Shown: in pieces, positions 19,698-29,699 of the stretch | How positions within the stretch are numbered: position 1 is the first letter of the stretch | Layout of the letters: each line of letters starts with the position of its first letter | The notes under the pieces: generated by a model | What the model saw: only the letters and a program-made list of their open reading frames with translations | What the model was told of the DNA's origin: nothing | The model's database searches: none | Program-made: the position numbers and the translations under genes | From: an uncultured Oscillospiraceae bacterium | Lineage (GTDB): Bacteria; Bacillota; Clostridia; Oscillospirales; Oscillospiraceae | NCBI GenBank assembly: GCA_947626845.1 | Contig: CANQTW010000009.1 | Coordinates: forward strand, 1,850 to 65,849 | Direction of reading: 5' to 3' | DNA length: 64,000 bases

Positions 19698-21040
19698 AGG
19701 AACGCTCTGCTTCCCTGACGCCTGACGCGCTCAGGCTGTTTTACCGGCAGTACGGTATCCCGCAGTCCGCCCCCGTCATCGCCTGTGTCTCCGGGGGCCT
19801 TGATTCCATGTGCCTTTTGGAGCTTCTGCGGAGGTTTTCGGACAGGACGGGCGCTCCTCTCAGCGCCGCCCACTTCAACCACCGCCTTCGGGGCGAGGCC
19901 TCCGACGGGGACGAGGCCTTTGTCCGAGACTGGTGCGAGGCCCGCGGCATCCCCCTGTATGTGGGCTCCGGCGACGTGGCCGAAGTGGCCAAAAGGACGG
20001 GCCGCGGCATCGAGGAGACGGCGCGGGAAATGCGCTATGACTTCTTTTTTACTCTTTCCGATCAGCTGGACGGCGCCCGCGTCGCCACCGCCCACAACGC
20101 CGATGACAACCTGGAGACGGTGCTGATGCGCCTTGTCCGGGGAACGGGCCTGCGGGGTCTGGGCGGTATCCCGCCGGTGTCCGGAAGGCTCATCCGGCCC
20201 CTGCTGGGCGTCCCCCGACGGCAGATCGAGGACTGGTGCCGAGAAAACGGCGTTCCCCACCGGGAGGACGCCACCAACGCCCTGGACGACTGCACCAGGA
20301 ACCGGCTCCGCCACGCCGTCGTCCCTGTTTTGAAGGAGCTGAATCCGGCGCTGAACGTGGGAAACATGACGGCCCTTCTCCGGCGGGACGAGGAAGTCCT
20401 GACCGGCCTTGCGGAAAGCTTCATTGAGGGTCATTCCGTCCCCGGCGGCATCGACGCCGGCGCGCTGGCCGCGCTCCCCTATCCTGTGGCGTCCCGCGCC
20501 GTGCGCATCCTCTTTGGGGAGAAGCTCTCCACGGTCCATGTGGACGCCGTGCTGAAGCTGGCCGCCTCCGGACATCCCTCCGGGAGTGCGGAGCTTCCAG
20601 GCGTCACCGTGCGGCGCAAGTACAATACGCTGACGGCGGAGCCAATGGAGGCGAAAACCTTTGAGGCGGTGGATATCCCTCTTGACAGGCCTGTTATAAT
20701 AGAGGGTATCCGTTTAAAAATCACGGCGGTCCTCACCGAAAAGGCTGAGATTTACAATTCCTTAACGAAATTTATGATAAAAAGGGATACAATCAAAAGC
20801 GGAATCGTCGCGCGGCCCCGCCGTACCGGAGACGTACTGCGTTTGCCCGGCGGGACAAAAAGCGTCAAGCGCCTGATGATTGACCGGAAGATCCCGGCGG
20901 AAACGCGGGACGCCCTGCCCGTGATCGCCTGCGGGGAGCGGGTCCTGGCGGTATACGGGCTGGGACAGAGCGTGGATTTCCTGCCGGCTGTGGGAGAGCC
21001 GGCGGTAACGATCACAATAGAAAAATGGGAGGGTCAATAA
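19694..21040 (+). CDS. tilS: tRNA(Ile)-lysidine synthase
   Basis: PP-loop SGGLDS. 4-nt overlap with the dnaB stop. Confidence 0.9.
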   Translation: MKERSASLTPDALRLFYRQYGIPQSAPVIACVSGGLDSMCLLELLRRFSDRTGAPLSAAHFNHRLRGEASDGDEAFVRDWCEARGIPLYVGSGDVAEVAKRTGRGIEETAREMRYDFFFTLSDQLDGARVATAHNADDNLETVLMRLVRGTGLRGLGGIPPVSGRLIRPLLGVPRRQIEDWCRENGVPHREDATNALDDCTRNRLRHAVVPVLKELNPALNVGNMTALLRRDEEVLTGLAESFIEGHSVPGGIDAGALAALPYPVASRAVRILFGEKLSTVHVDAVLKLAASGHPSGSAELPGVTVRRKYNTLTAEPMEAKTFEAVDIPLDRPVIIEGIRLKITAVLTEKAEIYNSLTKFMIKRDTIKSGIVARPRRTGDVLRLPGGTKSVKRLMIDRKIPAETRDALPVIACGERVLAVYGLGQSVDFLPAVGEPAVTITIEKWEGQ

Positions 21041-21041
21041 A

Positions 21042-21581
21042 ATGCTGGAAAAAGATATAGACAGGATCTTCTTCTCCGCCAATGAGCTTCAGGAGAAGGT
21101 GAAGGAGCTGGGCGCTCAGATCACCCGCGATTACGAGGGGAAAGACCCCCTGTTTGTAGGCGTTCTGAAGGGTTCGTTCGTGTTTATGGCGGACCTGATG
21201 CGGGCGGTGGACCTTTACTGCGACATCGACTTTATGGCGGTCTCCTCCTACGGCTCCGGCACGACCACCACCGGCGCCGTGAAGATCAACAAAGACCTGA
21301 CCTACAACGTGGAGGGACGCCATATCATTCTCATCGAGGATATTCTGGACTCCGGCGTCACTCTCAGCTACCTCAAGAAGTACATCGAGGCCAGGAAACC
21401 GGCCTCTGTGTCCATTTGCACGCTCCTTGACAAGCCCGCCCGCCGCAAAGCGGACATCAACGCCGACTATGTGGGCTTTGAGTGTCCCGACGCCTTCATC
21501 GTGGGCTACGGCCTTGACTACGCGGAGCGTTACCGCAATCTCCCCTACATAGGCGTACTGAAACCGGAAATCTACGCCTGA
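21042..21581 (+). CDS. hpt: hypoxanthine phosphoribosyltransferase
   Basis: PRPP-binding motif [13 protein letters not shown]. Conserved tilS-hpt-ftsH gene order. Confidence 0.9.
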   Translation: MLEKDIDRIFFSANELQEKVKELGAQITRDYEGKDPLFVGVLKGSFVFMADLMRAVDLYCDIDFMAVSSYGSGTTTTGAVKINKDLTYNVEGRHIILIEDILDSGVTLSYLKKYIEARKPASVSICTLLDKPARRKADINADYVGFECPDAFIVGYGLDYAERYRNLPYIGVLKPEIYA

Positions 21582-21622
21582 CATATCTCATCGCGAATCC
21601 CAAAGGAAAGAAGCTGATCCAT

Positions 21623-23668
21623 CTGAACAAAAAATCACGCCGGCCCGATATAGGATTTTATATATTCATCATCATTATATTGGTGGCGGCCATCTACCTC
21701 CTCAGCTCCCCTGAGGACAAGGCCGCGGGCATTGAATACTGGCAGATGCGCGACCAGTTCCTCAAGGAGAACGTGCAGTACTTCTCCATTGAGGACGGCG
21801 TTGTCTACATGGAGCTGAAGACCCCCCTGGACGAGGTCTCCGGCAAGAGCGTCTACCACAAGCTCATGAGCATTTCCATCTTCTGGGACGACCTGGGCGA
21901 TGAGATCGCCGATCAGGAGGCCAGGGGCATCCTGAAATTCAATCTGGAGCCCGTCTATGAGACGCCCTGGTGGGTCACCATCATCCCCTACGTCATCATC
22001 ATGGTGGTGATGGTCATCGTCTGGTATGTGATGATGAACCGCATGGGCGCGGGCGGAGGCGGCGCCAACGGCGCGGGCCGGTTCGGCCACGCCAGGACGC
22101 GGCTGGCCTCTGAGGAGAAGAAAAAGGTCACCTTTGCCGATGTGGCCGGCGCTGACGAGGAGAAGGCGGAGCTGGAGGAGATCGTGGATTTCCTCAAGGA
22201 CCCCCAGAAATACACGGCTCTCGGCGCGCGCATCCCCAAGGGCGTGCTGCTGGTGGGCCCTCCGGGCACCGGTAAGACGCTGTTGGCCAAGGCCGTGGCC
22301 GGCGAGGCCAATGTCCAGTTCCTCTCCATTTCCGGCTCCGACTTTGTTGAGCTTTACGTAGGCGTGGGCGCCTCCCGTGTCCGCGACCTCTTCGATCAGG
22401 CCAAGAAGCTCTCCCCCGCCATCATCTTCATCGACGAGATCGACGCCGTGGGCCGTCAGCGCGGCTCCGGTCTTGGCGGCGGACACGACGAGCGCGAGCA
22501 GACCCTGAACCAGCTCTTAGTGGAGATGGACGGCTTCAACACCAACGAGGGCGTTATCGTCATGGCGGCCACCAACCGCGCCGACATCCTGGACTCCGCC
22601 CTGCTGCGGCCTGGACGCTTTGACCGCCAGATTTTTGTGGGCGTTCCCGACATCAAGGGGCGCGAGGCCATCCTGAAGATACACTCCCGCGGCAAGTCCC
22701 TGGGGGACGACGTAGACCTGAAGAGCATCGCCCGCGGCACGCCCGGCTTCACCGGCGCGGACCTGGAAAACGTCATGAACGAGGCCGCCCTGCTGGCCGC
22801 CCGCGGCTGCCGCCCCTTCATCACCATGGCGGACGTGGACGAGGCCATTCTGAAGGTGCAGATGGGCCCGGAGAAGAAATCCCGTAAGATGTCGGACAAG
22901 GCCAGGAAGCTCACCGCCTATCACGAATCCGGTCACGCTGTCACGGGCATGTTCTTAGAGCACACCGATCCCGTCCACTATATCACCATCGTCCCCCGCG
23001 GTCAGGCCGGCGGCTACACGCTGTTTCGCCCGGAGGAGGACCTGGAGAATTATCAGTCCCGGTCCGAGATGTTTGAGGATATCGTCATGAGCCTGGGCGG
23101 GCGCGTGGCCGAAAAGCTGTTCCTGGACGATATCTCCACAGGCGCCTCCGGCGATATCCAGTCCGCCACCAATGTGGCGCGCTCCATGGTCACCCGTTAC
23201 GGCATGAGCGACAGGCTGGGCCCCATCAGCTTTGACAGCTCCGACCACTCCATCTTCATCGGGCGGGACTTTGGCACCACAAAGTCCTACTCCGAGGAGA
23301 CGGCGGCAATGATCGACGAGGAGGTCAAGCGCATCTTCGACGAGGCCGCCAAGAAATGCGAGGAAATCCTCACGGAGCACGCTGATATCGTGAGAACAAG
23401 CGCCGAGTATCTTTTGGAGCATGAGTCCATGACGGGCGAGCAGTTTAAATACCTCATCCAGCATGGCCGCGTCCCCTCCCCCGATGAACTGGAGACAAAG
23501 GACGAGCAGCCTGAGGAGCCAGCTATCATGCAGGAAATTCGCGCCCAGGCCCTGGAGGACGCCCGCCGGGTGGAGATGGAGGAGAAAAACCTCACCCAGC
23601 AGGAGGCGTGGCAGAACCCCTTCGAGGACGAAGGCCGTGGCGATGACAGCCAGAAGAAGGATCAGTGA
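21623..23668 (+). CDS. ftsH: ATP-dependent zinc metalloprotease FtsH
   Basis: Walker [12 protein letters not shown] region and zinc motif HESGHA. The start is uncertain: no in-frame ATG covers the first TM helix. CTG at 21623 gives (M)[14 protein letters not shown]; the track uses TTG at 21680. Confidence 0.85.
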   Translation: MNKKSRRPDIGFYIFIIIILVAAIYLLSSPEDKAAGIEYWQMRDQFLKENVQYFSIEDGVVYMELKTPLDEVSGKSVYHKLMSISIFWDDLGDEIADQEARGILKFNLEPVYETPWWVTIIPYVIIMVVMVIVWYVMMNRMGAGGGGANGAGRFGHARTRLASEEKKKVTFADVAGADEEKAELEEIVDFLKDPQKYTALGARIPKGVLLVGPPGTGKTLLAKAVAGEANVQFLSISGSDFVELYVGVGASRVRDLFDQAKKLSPAIIFIDEIDAVGRQRGSGLGGGHDEREQTLNQLLVEMDGFNTNEGVIVMAATNRADILDSALLRPGRFDRQIFVGVPDIKGREAILKIHSRGKSLGDDVDLKSIARGTPGFTGADLENVMNEAALLAARGCRPFITMADVDEAILKVQMGPEKKSRKMSDKARKLTAYHESGHAVTGMFLEHTDPVHYITIVPRGQAGGYTLFRPEEDLENYQSRSEMFEDIVMSLGGRVAEKLFLDDISTGASGDIQSATNVARSMVTRYGMSDRLGPISFDSSDHSIFIGRDFGTTKSYSEETAAMIDEEVKRIFDEAAKKCEEILTEHADIVRTSAEYLLEHESMTGEQFKYLIQHGRVPSPDELETKDEQPEEPAIMQEIRAQALEDARRVEMEEKNLTQQEAWQNPFEDEGRGDDSQKKDQ

Positions 23669-23694
23669 TCCCCTGCCCTATAAACGCATAAGTA

Positions 23695-23724
23695 ATACCG
23701 GACTTCCCGCGGGAAGTCCGGTAT
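23695..23724. terminator. bidirectional terminator (ftsH / decarboxylase gene)
   Basis: Perfect 30-nt palindrome ATACCGGACTTCCCGCGGGAAGTCCGGTAT. Confidence 0.65.
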
Positions 23725-23757
23725 ATTTATGTCCTTTATAAGAAATAAATTAATTTT

Positions 23758-24996
23758 TCAGAAAATCATGGTGGCAAAGTAGTCATCGGGGGTCTCGGCG
23801 CGGCGGATGAGCTCGGTGGAGCCGTCCTCACGGAGCAGTACCTCGGCGGAACGGAGCTTGCCGTTGTAGTTGTAGCCCATGGCGTGGCCGTGGGCGCCGG
23901 TGTCGTGGATGACCAGGAGATCGCCGGTGTCGATTTCAGGCAGCTCCCGGTCAATGGCGAACTTGTCGTTATTTTCGCACAGGCTCCCCACCACGTCGTA
24001 CAGGTGGTCGTGGGGGGCGTCCTCCTTGCCCAGGACGGTGATGTGGTGGTACGCGCCGTACATGGCGGGGCGCATCAGGTTGCAGGCACAGGCATCCACA
24101 CCGATATACTCCTTGTAGATGTGCTTCTCATGGATGGCGCGGGTGAGCAGGCACCCGTAGGGGCCCAGCATGTAACGGCCAAGCTCGGTGAAAATCTTCA
24201 CATCGCCCAGCCCCGCGGGAACGAGAATCTCATTGTACGCCTCACGGACGCCGTTGGCGATGACCTCGATGTTGGGGGCGATCTGGTCGGGATAGTAAGG
24301 GATACCGATGCCGCCGGAGAGGTTCACAAATTCGATATGGGCGCCGGTGGCCTGGTGGAGCTCCACGGCCAGCTGGAAGAGCTGGCGGGCCATCATGGGG
24401 TAATACTCGTTGAAGGTGGCGTTGGAGACAAGGAAGGCGTGGATGCCGAAATTCCTGGCGCCCAGGGCCAGCAGGTCCCGGTAGGCGCTCTTCATCTGGC
24501 CCCTGGTCATGCCGTATTTGGCGTCGCGGGGGTTGTCCATGATCTGATTGGCCACGGAGAACACACCGCCGGGGTTGAACCGGCAGCAGACGGTCTCCGG
24601 GATGCCGCAGATGTCATTGAGGAACTTGACGTGGGTGTAGTCATCCAAGTTTATGTACGCCCCCAGCTCACGGGCCTTTTTCATATCGGCCACGGGCGTC
24701 TCGTTGGAGGAGAACATGATGTCATGACCGGAAAAACCGCATCTTTCGCTCATCATAAGCTCGGTGAGAGACGAGCAGTCAACGCCGCAGCCCTCCTCCT
24801 TGAGGATCTTCAGGATCTTCGGTGTGGGCGTCGCCTTAACGGCAAAATACTCCTTATAGCCGGGATTCCAGGAGAACGCGCGGTTGAGACGGCGGGCGTT
24901 TTCACGAATGCCCTTTTCATCGTAGATGTGAATGGGCGTACCGTATTCCGCGGCGATCTCTTCAAACTTTTCCTTTGTGGCGAAAGGGGTCTTCAT
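23758..24996 (-). CDS. type III PLP-dependent decarboxylase (diaminopimelate decarboxylase family)
   Basis: Orn/DAP/Arg decarboxylase fold features (YFAVKATP, SGGIGIPY, CENNDKF). Confidence 0.75.
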   Translation of the reverse strand: MKTPFATKEKFEEIAAEYGTPIHIYDEKGIRENARRLNRAFSWNPGYKEYFAVKATPTPKILKILKEEGCGVDCSSLTELMMSERCGFSGHDIMFSSNETPVADMKKARELGAYINLDDYTHVKFLNDICGIPETVCCRFNPGGVFSVANQIMDNPRDAKYGMTRGQMKSAYRDLLALGARNFGIHAFLVSNATFNEYYPMMARQLFQLAVELHQATGAHIEFVNLSGGIGIPYYPDQIAPNIEVIANGVREAYNEILVPAGLGDVKIFTELGRYMLGPYGCLLTRAIHEKHIYKEYIGVDACACNLMRPAMYGAYHHITVLGKEDAPHDHLYDVVGSLCENNDKFAIDRELPEIDTGDLLVIHDTGAHGHAMGYNYNGKLRSAEVLLREDGSTELIRRAETPDDYFATMIF

Positions 24997-25153
24997 TGAT
25001 TTATCCCTCCAAAGTGAGAATACATCTTAAATTGTATACCTTTTCAGCCCGTATTTCAACCGTTTGGGAAAAATAAAAATACACCTATTTTTCACGGATC
25101 ATCAGGGCTTTTTTATCTTTTTCGACAAAAATCAATACATTGTGACGATTTGC

Positions 25154-25183
25154 TTGACACGGGCGCGGGTACGGTGATATATT
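25154..25183 (+). promoter_or_regulatory. promoter of the nucleobase permease gene
   Basis: TTGACA - 18 nt - TATATT. Confidence 0.5.
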
Positions 25184-25243
25184 TTCAGCAGTGTAATTCC
25201 AATTCTTATCATATCATTGTATATTTTGAGGAGGAAAAACAGC

Positions 25244-26566
25244 ATGAATCTTACTTACAACATCAAGGACAAGCCCGGCTTTGCCAAGACGCTGGTCTTT
25301 GCCCTCCAGCAGCTGCTGGCGATCATGGCGGCCACCATCGCGGTGCCCGGCATCGTGGGCAACGGCATGAGCCAGACCGCCGCCCTGTTCGGCGCTGGCG
25401 TGGGAACCATCGTCTACCTCTGCTTCACCCGCTTCAAAAGCCCCGTCTTCCTGGGAAGCTCCTTCGCCTTCATCGGCTCCATGAACGCCGCCTTTGCCGG
25501 CGCCGTCTCCGTGGAGATCGGCTACGCGGGCCTCATCGTGGGCGCCCTGATCGCCGGCCTTGTGTATGTGGTCATCGCCCTCATTATCAAGGGCGTGGGC
25601 GTCCGGTGGATCGACAAGCTGATGCCCCCCGTCATCATCGGGCCCACCGTGGCCATCATCGGACTGAGCCTGGCCGGCAACGCCGTGGGCGACCTTCTGG
25701 GCACCTCCGGAGCCGTGCAGAACGGCGCGTCCACCTATGTGTGCCTCCTCTGCGGCCTTGTGACCCTGGCCGTCACCATGGTCTGTTCCGTCTACGGCAA
25801 GAAGATGGTGAAGATGATCCCCTTCATCATCGGCATTCTGGCCGGCTATCTGGTGGCCCTCTGCTTCACCCTCATTGGCCGCGCCAGCAATAACGCCGCC
25901 CTGCAGATCATCGATTTTGGCAAATTCGACTCCATGACCTGGGTGCCCGATTTCACCTTCCTCAAGGCCGCCAAGGGCCTCAAGGGCATCAACGGGACGT
26001 ATCTGGCCACTCTGGCCGTGGCCTACGCGCCTGTGGCTTTTGTGGTCTTTGCCGAGCACATCGCCGACCACAAGAACCTCTCCTCCATCATCGGCACCGA
26101 CCTCTTAAAAGACCCTGGCCTGGCCAACACCCTCCTGGGCGACGGCGTGGGCTCCATCGCCGGTGCCATCTTTGGCGGCTGCCCCAACACCACCTACGGT
26201 GAGAGCGTGGGCTGTGTGGCCATCTCCGGCAACGCCTCCGTCATCACCATCGTCTACACCGCCATCCTGGCCATTGTCATCAGCTTCTTCGGCCCCTTCG
26301 CCACCTTCCTGGCCACCATCCCCAGCTGTGTCATGGGCGGCGTCTGCATCGCCCTCTACGGCTTCATCGCCGTCTCCGGCCTCAAGATGATCCAGCATGT
26401 GGACCTGGGCGACAACCACAACCTCTTCGTGGTGTCCGTGATCCTCATCGCCGGCGTGGGCGGCATGGCCGTCTCCTTCGGCAAGGTCACCATCACCGAG
26501 GTCGCCTGCGCCCTTATCCTGGGTATCCTCACCAACCTGCTCCTCTCCAAAAAAGAGGCCAAATAA
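25244..26566 (+). CDS. NCS2-family nucleobase (uracil/xanthine) permease
   Basis: Polytopic membrane protein with NCS2-like motifs. ATG at 25244 follows RBS GAGGAGG. Confidence 0.85.
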   Translation: MNLTYNIKDKPGFAKTLVFALQQLLAIMAATIAVPGIVGNGMSQTAALFGAGVGTIVYLCFTRFKSPVFLGSSFAFIGSMNAAFAGAVSVEIGYAGLIVGALIAGLVYVVIALIIKGVGVRWIDKLMPPVIIGPTVAIIGLSLAGNAVGDLLGTSGAVQNGASTYVCLLCGLVTLAVTMVCSVYGKKMVKMIPFIIGILAGYLVALCFTLIGRASNNAALQIIDFGKFDSMTWVPDFTFLKAAKGLKGINGTYLATLAVAYAPVAFVVFAEHIADHKNLSSIIGTDLLKDPGLANTLLGDGVGSIAGAIFGGCPNTTYGESVGCVAISGNASVITIVYTAILAIVISFFGPFATFLATIPSCVMGGVCIALYGFIAVSGLKMIQHVDLGDNHNLFVVSVILIAGVGGMAVSFGKVTITEVACALILGILTNLLLSKKEAK

Positions 26567-26600
26567 GCAAAAAGATTCCCTGCAAGATACATAATAACAC

Positions 26601-26628
26601 AACCCCCGCCGGATTTCCGACGGGGGTT
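26601..26628. terminator. bidirectional terminator (permease gene / aph)
   Basis: AACCCCCG-ccggatttccga-CGGGGGTT followed by TCCTTT. Confidence 0.55.
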
Positions 26629-26636
26629 TCCTTTGG

Positions 26637-27419
26637 TCAAAACAGCTCGTCCAGCAGCGCGTAATACCGCAGCTTCTCCCGGTCCGGGGAAAAGCCCATG
26701 ACGTCAAACAGTGCCCCGACGTCAAAGCCGGGACAGGCGTGGCCGTGATGGCCGTCCAGGTTGTCTTGAAGGCTCCGGCGGGCGATGGAGTAATCCCGGT
26801 ACGGGTCGCCCAGGCCCGCGCCGCCCAGGTCGAGAAAGCCGGAAATCCTGCCATTTTCCGTAAAGAGATTGGGCAGGCACATATCCCCGTGGGTAAAGCG
26901 CGTTTCCTCCTTCGGGCGGTTATCCTCCAGCCACATCAGCAGATGCTCCGGGTCTCGGAAGCCGCCGGGGCCGAAGGTGGCGGGGTCGGTGTTCTCCACG
27001 TCCACCTCTCCCCTCTCCACATGCTGGCGGGCGACGGCAAGCTCGGTGTCCAGGTCCGCCCGAAAGGGGCACCCGTCGACGTCCACCGCTCTGACCGTTT
27101 CCAGCGCCTCGGCCAGAAGTCCGGTCACACGAAAAGGATCGGTCAGAACAGCTTTGTCGCACAGCATCTTTCCGGGAAGACGGGTCATCAGCAGATATTG
27201 AACGCCGTTTTCCCGTTCACAGGCCAGAAGCTCCGGCACAGGGAGCTTCCCGCGAAGCCACTCCATGATCCCGGCCTCCCGGCGGGCGGCGAAGTCATCC
27301 CGTGATATTTTCAGGACTGAATCCGGGTAGAGCATTATGGAGGCGCCGGACATCCCGATCCTGTCGGTCTCAAAGGGCATCGTGCCCACAATTTTCTGTA
27401 TGTTTTCCGGCAGTTTCAA
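26637..27419 (-). CDS. aminoglycoside 3'-O-phosphotransferase-like kinase, APH(3') family
   Basis: Colinear with APH(3')-IIIa: EWLRGKLPVPELL, catalytic FTHGDMCLPNLF, GFLDLGGAG, and the C-terminal YYALLDELF. TTG start overlaps the recG stop (TTGA). Confidence 0.85.
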   Translation of the reverse strand: MKLPENIQKIVGTMPFETDRIGMSGASIMLYPDSVLKISRDDFAARREAGIMEWLRGKLPVPELLACERENGVQYLLMTRLPGKMLCDKAVLTDPFRVTGLLAEALETVRAVDVDGCPFRADLDTELAVARQHVERGEVDVENTDPATFGPGGFRDPEHLLMWLEDNRPKEETRFTHGDMCLPNLFTENGRISGFLDLGGAGLGDPYRDYSIARRSLQDNLDGHHGHACPGFDVGALFDVMGFSPDREKLRYYALLDELF

Positions 27420-29473
27420 TTCAGCGTCCCCCTGTTCTTCTCCAGCATCCTGGTGACGCTCTCCCGCAGAGGGGCGTTCTCCGGCTTTGCCAGCTCTGGG
27501 TCGTCCTCCAGCACCTCTCTGGCGGCGTTCTGGGCCGTTTTCAGCATATCGAGGTCGGTGGCGAAGCTGGCGATGTTCATATCGGGAAGTCCGCTCTGGC
27601 GGGAACCGAAGAAATCGCCGGGGCCTCGGATCGCCAGGTCCTCCTCGGCGATCTTAAAGCCGTCGTTTGTTTTGCAGAAGGCCCGAAGCCGCTCCGCCGC
27701 GGCCTCTCCCCCGCCGGCGCGGATCAGCACACAGGTGGATTTATATTGTCCGCGGCCCACACGCCCCCGAAGCTGGTGGAGCTGGGACAGGCCGAAGCGG
27801 TCCGCGTTCTCCACCACCATCAGCGTGGCGTTGGGCACATCCACGCCCACCTCGATGACCGTGGTGGCTACAAGGATGTCGATGTTCCCCGCGGCAAAGG
27901 CCTCCATGACCTCATTTTTCTCCTTTGGCTTCAGCTTCCCGTGGACCAGGGCCACCCGCAGGTCCGGGAACACCTTCTCGGAGAGTTCTTTGGCGTACTC
28001 CTTGACGGATTTGAGCCCGTCCGGGTTCTCCTCCGACTCCTCCACCGCGGGGCAGACGATGAACACCTGCCGCCCCTCGGAGACATGCTTTCGGACGAAA
28101 TTATAAAGCCGCTGGCGCTTATCCTCCCCCACAAGGAAGGTATCGACAGTCTGCCGTCCGGGGGGAAGCTCGTCGATGACGGACACGTCCAGGTCCCCAT
28201 AGACGATGAGCGCCAGGGTGCGCGGGATGGGCGTGGCGGACATGACCAGCACATGGGGCGCGTCGCCCTTGTCCGAGAGGGCCGCCCTCTGCTGAACGCC
28301 GAAGCGGTGCTGCTCGTCGGCAATGATAAGGCCCAGGTCATGAAATTCCACGCTTTCCGAGATCAGGGCGTGGGTGCCAATGACAAGCTGTGTCTCGCCG
28401 GACCTCAGCCTCCCCTGCTCCTCCCGCTTCTGCTTGGCGGCAAGACCGCCTGTGAGAAGGCCCACGCGGACGCCCAGGGGCTCCAACAGCTTTGTGAGAG
28501 TAGAATAGTGCTGCTCCGCCAAAATCTCCGTAGGGGCCATAAAAGCCGCCTGACGGCCATCCATGACCACGGCGTAGGCCGCGGCGGCGGCCACAACCGT
28601 CTTGCCGGAGCCAACGTCCCCCTGGACCAGCCGCGACATGGGCCGCTCGCCGCTAAGATCGCGCAGGATATCGTCTACGGCGCGTTTCTGCGCACCTGTC
28701 AGCTCATAGGGCAGCGCGTTATAGAAGGGCGTCATATCCGGCACACGCACGCGCTTGCCGGACTTTTCCTGCTGACGGGAGCGCATGAAGGCCAGGGTAC
28801 AGCTTAATATGAAAAATTCCTCAAAGATCAGCCGGCGGCGGGCCAGCTCCAGACTCTCGATGTCCCTGGGGAAATGGATATTCTCATAGGAAAACCGCGT
28901 CTGCGCCAGTTGATACCGCTCCCGTATGCTCTCAGGCAGCTGTTCGGGAAGCTCCCCGCCGCACTTTTCCAGTCCCTGCCGGACGGCGTTGGCAAAGACC
29001 CGCTGGGACAGGCCGGCGGTCATCCGGTAGACAGGCACGATACGGCGGGTAAAGGCGGGGGGCAGGCTCTCCCGCTCCATCACCGGGTTTTGCATCTCCG
29101 GCGCGCCGATCCTGCCGCCTACACGGCCATAGAAAATATAGCTCTCGCCGGGGATCAGGTTCTTCCCCACGTAGCTCTGGTTGAAAAAGGTGACGGTCAT
29201 CCTGGCCGTCTCGTCCACCACCACGCATTTGGTGATGTCCAGACCCCGACGCACCCGACTGAGCTTGGCGGGCGCGGCCACCGTGGCGCTGACACAGCAC
29301 ATCTCCCCGAACTGAAGCTCCGCTATGGTCTTTACCGCCGTCCTGTCGTCATAGGCCCTGGGAAAGGCCATGACCAGGTCGCGCAGGGTCTCCACGCCCA
29401 GCTTGGCGAAGGCCTTGGCCCGCTGTTCCCCCACGCCCTTGATGAATTGGACCGGCGTATCAAGCTTTTCCAT
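27416..29473 (-). CDS. recG: ATP-dependent DNA helicase RecG
   Basis: Wedge domain plus SF2 helicase motifs (GDVGSGKT, DEQHRFG, QLHQLRGRVGRG). True start is MEKLDTPVQF at 29473. Confidence 0.9.
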   Translation of the reverse strand: MEKLDTPVQFIKGVGEQRAKAFAKLGVETLRDLVMAFPRAYDDRTAVKTIAELQFGEMCCVSATVAAPAKLSRVRRGLDITKCVVVDETARMTVTFFNQSYVGKNLIPGESYIFYGRVGGRIGAPEMQNPVMERESLPPAFTRRIVPVYRMTAGLSQRVFANAVRQGLEKCGGELPEQLPESIRERYQLAQTRFSYENIHFPRDIESLELARRRLIFEEFFILSCTLAFMRSRQQEKSGKRVRVPDMTPFYNALPYELTGAQKRAVDDILRDLSGERPMSRLVQGDVGSGKTVVAAAAAYAVVMDGRQAAFMAPTEILAEQHYSTLTKLLEPLGVRVGLLTGGLAAKQKREEQGRLRSGETQLVIGTHALISESVEFHDLGLIIADEQHRFGVQQRAALSDKGDAPHVLVMSATPIPRTLALIVYGDLDVSVIDELPPGRQTVDTFLVGEDKRQRLYNFVRKHVSEGRQVFIVCPAVEESEENPDGLKSVKEYAKELSEKVFPDLRVALVHGKLKPKEKNEVMEAFAAGNIDILVATTVIEVGVDVPNATLMVVENADRFGLSQLHQLRGRVGRGQYKSTCVLIRAGGGEAAAERLRAFCKTNDGFKIAEEDLAIRGPGDFFGSRQSGLPDMNIASFATDLDMLKTAQNAAREVLEDDPELAKPENAPLRESVTRMLEKNRGTLN

Positions 29474-29638
29474 ACCGTGCCTCCTTCCTCGTCGCCGCGA
29501 ACACGCGCCAGCCGCCCGTGCCGCCAGCGGCGCGGACAACTTTCCCTGTTGCTCCTGCTCTCCCCAGGCGACAAAGCCGCGCGGGGGCCTCAAGCTGACA
29601 GTATTGTATCACATCCTGACCCAAAAGAAAAGTTTTCC

Positions 29639-29667
29639 TTGCCAATTTGGCAAAGAAATGATAGAAT
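29639..29667 (+). promoter_or_regulatory. promoter with palindromic operator TTGCCAATTTGGCAA over the -35 box
   Basis: TTGCCA - 17 nt - TGaTAGAAT. The 7-1-7 palindrome spans 29639-29653. Confidence 0.5.
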
Positions 29668-29699
29668 ACCATGTTAAAAGACTACTTTGGAGGCATTTC

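Noticed and set aside
20682-20700. TTGACA and TATAAT hexamers inside tilS
   Set aside because: The hexamers are only 7 nt apart, so they cannot form a sigma-70 promoter. They also lie inside a coding region.
25000-25243. Purine riboswitch or PyrR attenuator upstream of the nucleobase permease gene
   Set aside because: No purine-riboswitch junction consensus, no PyrR binding loop (ARUCCAGAGAGG), and no terminator/antiterminator pair. The region contains only a promoter and an RBS.
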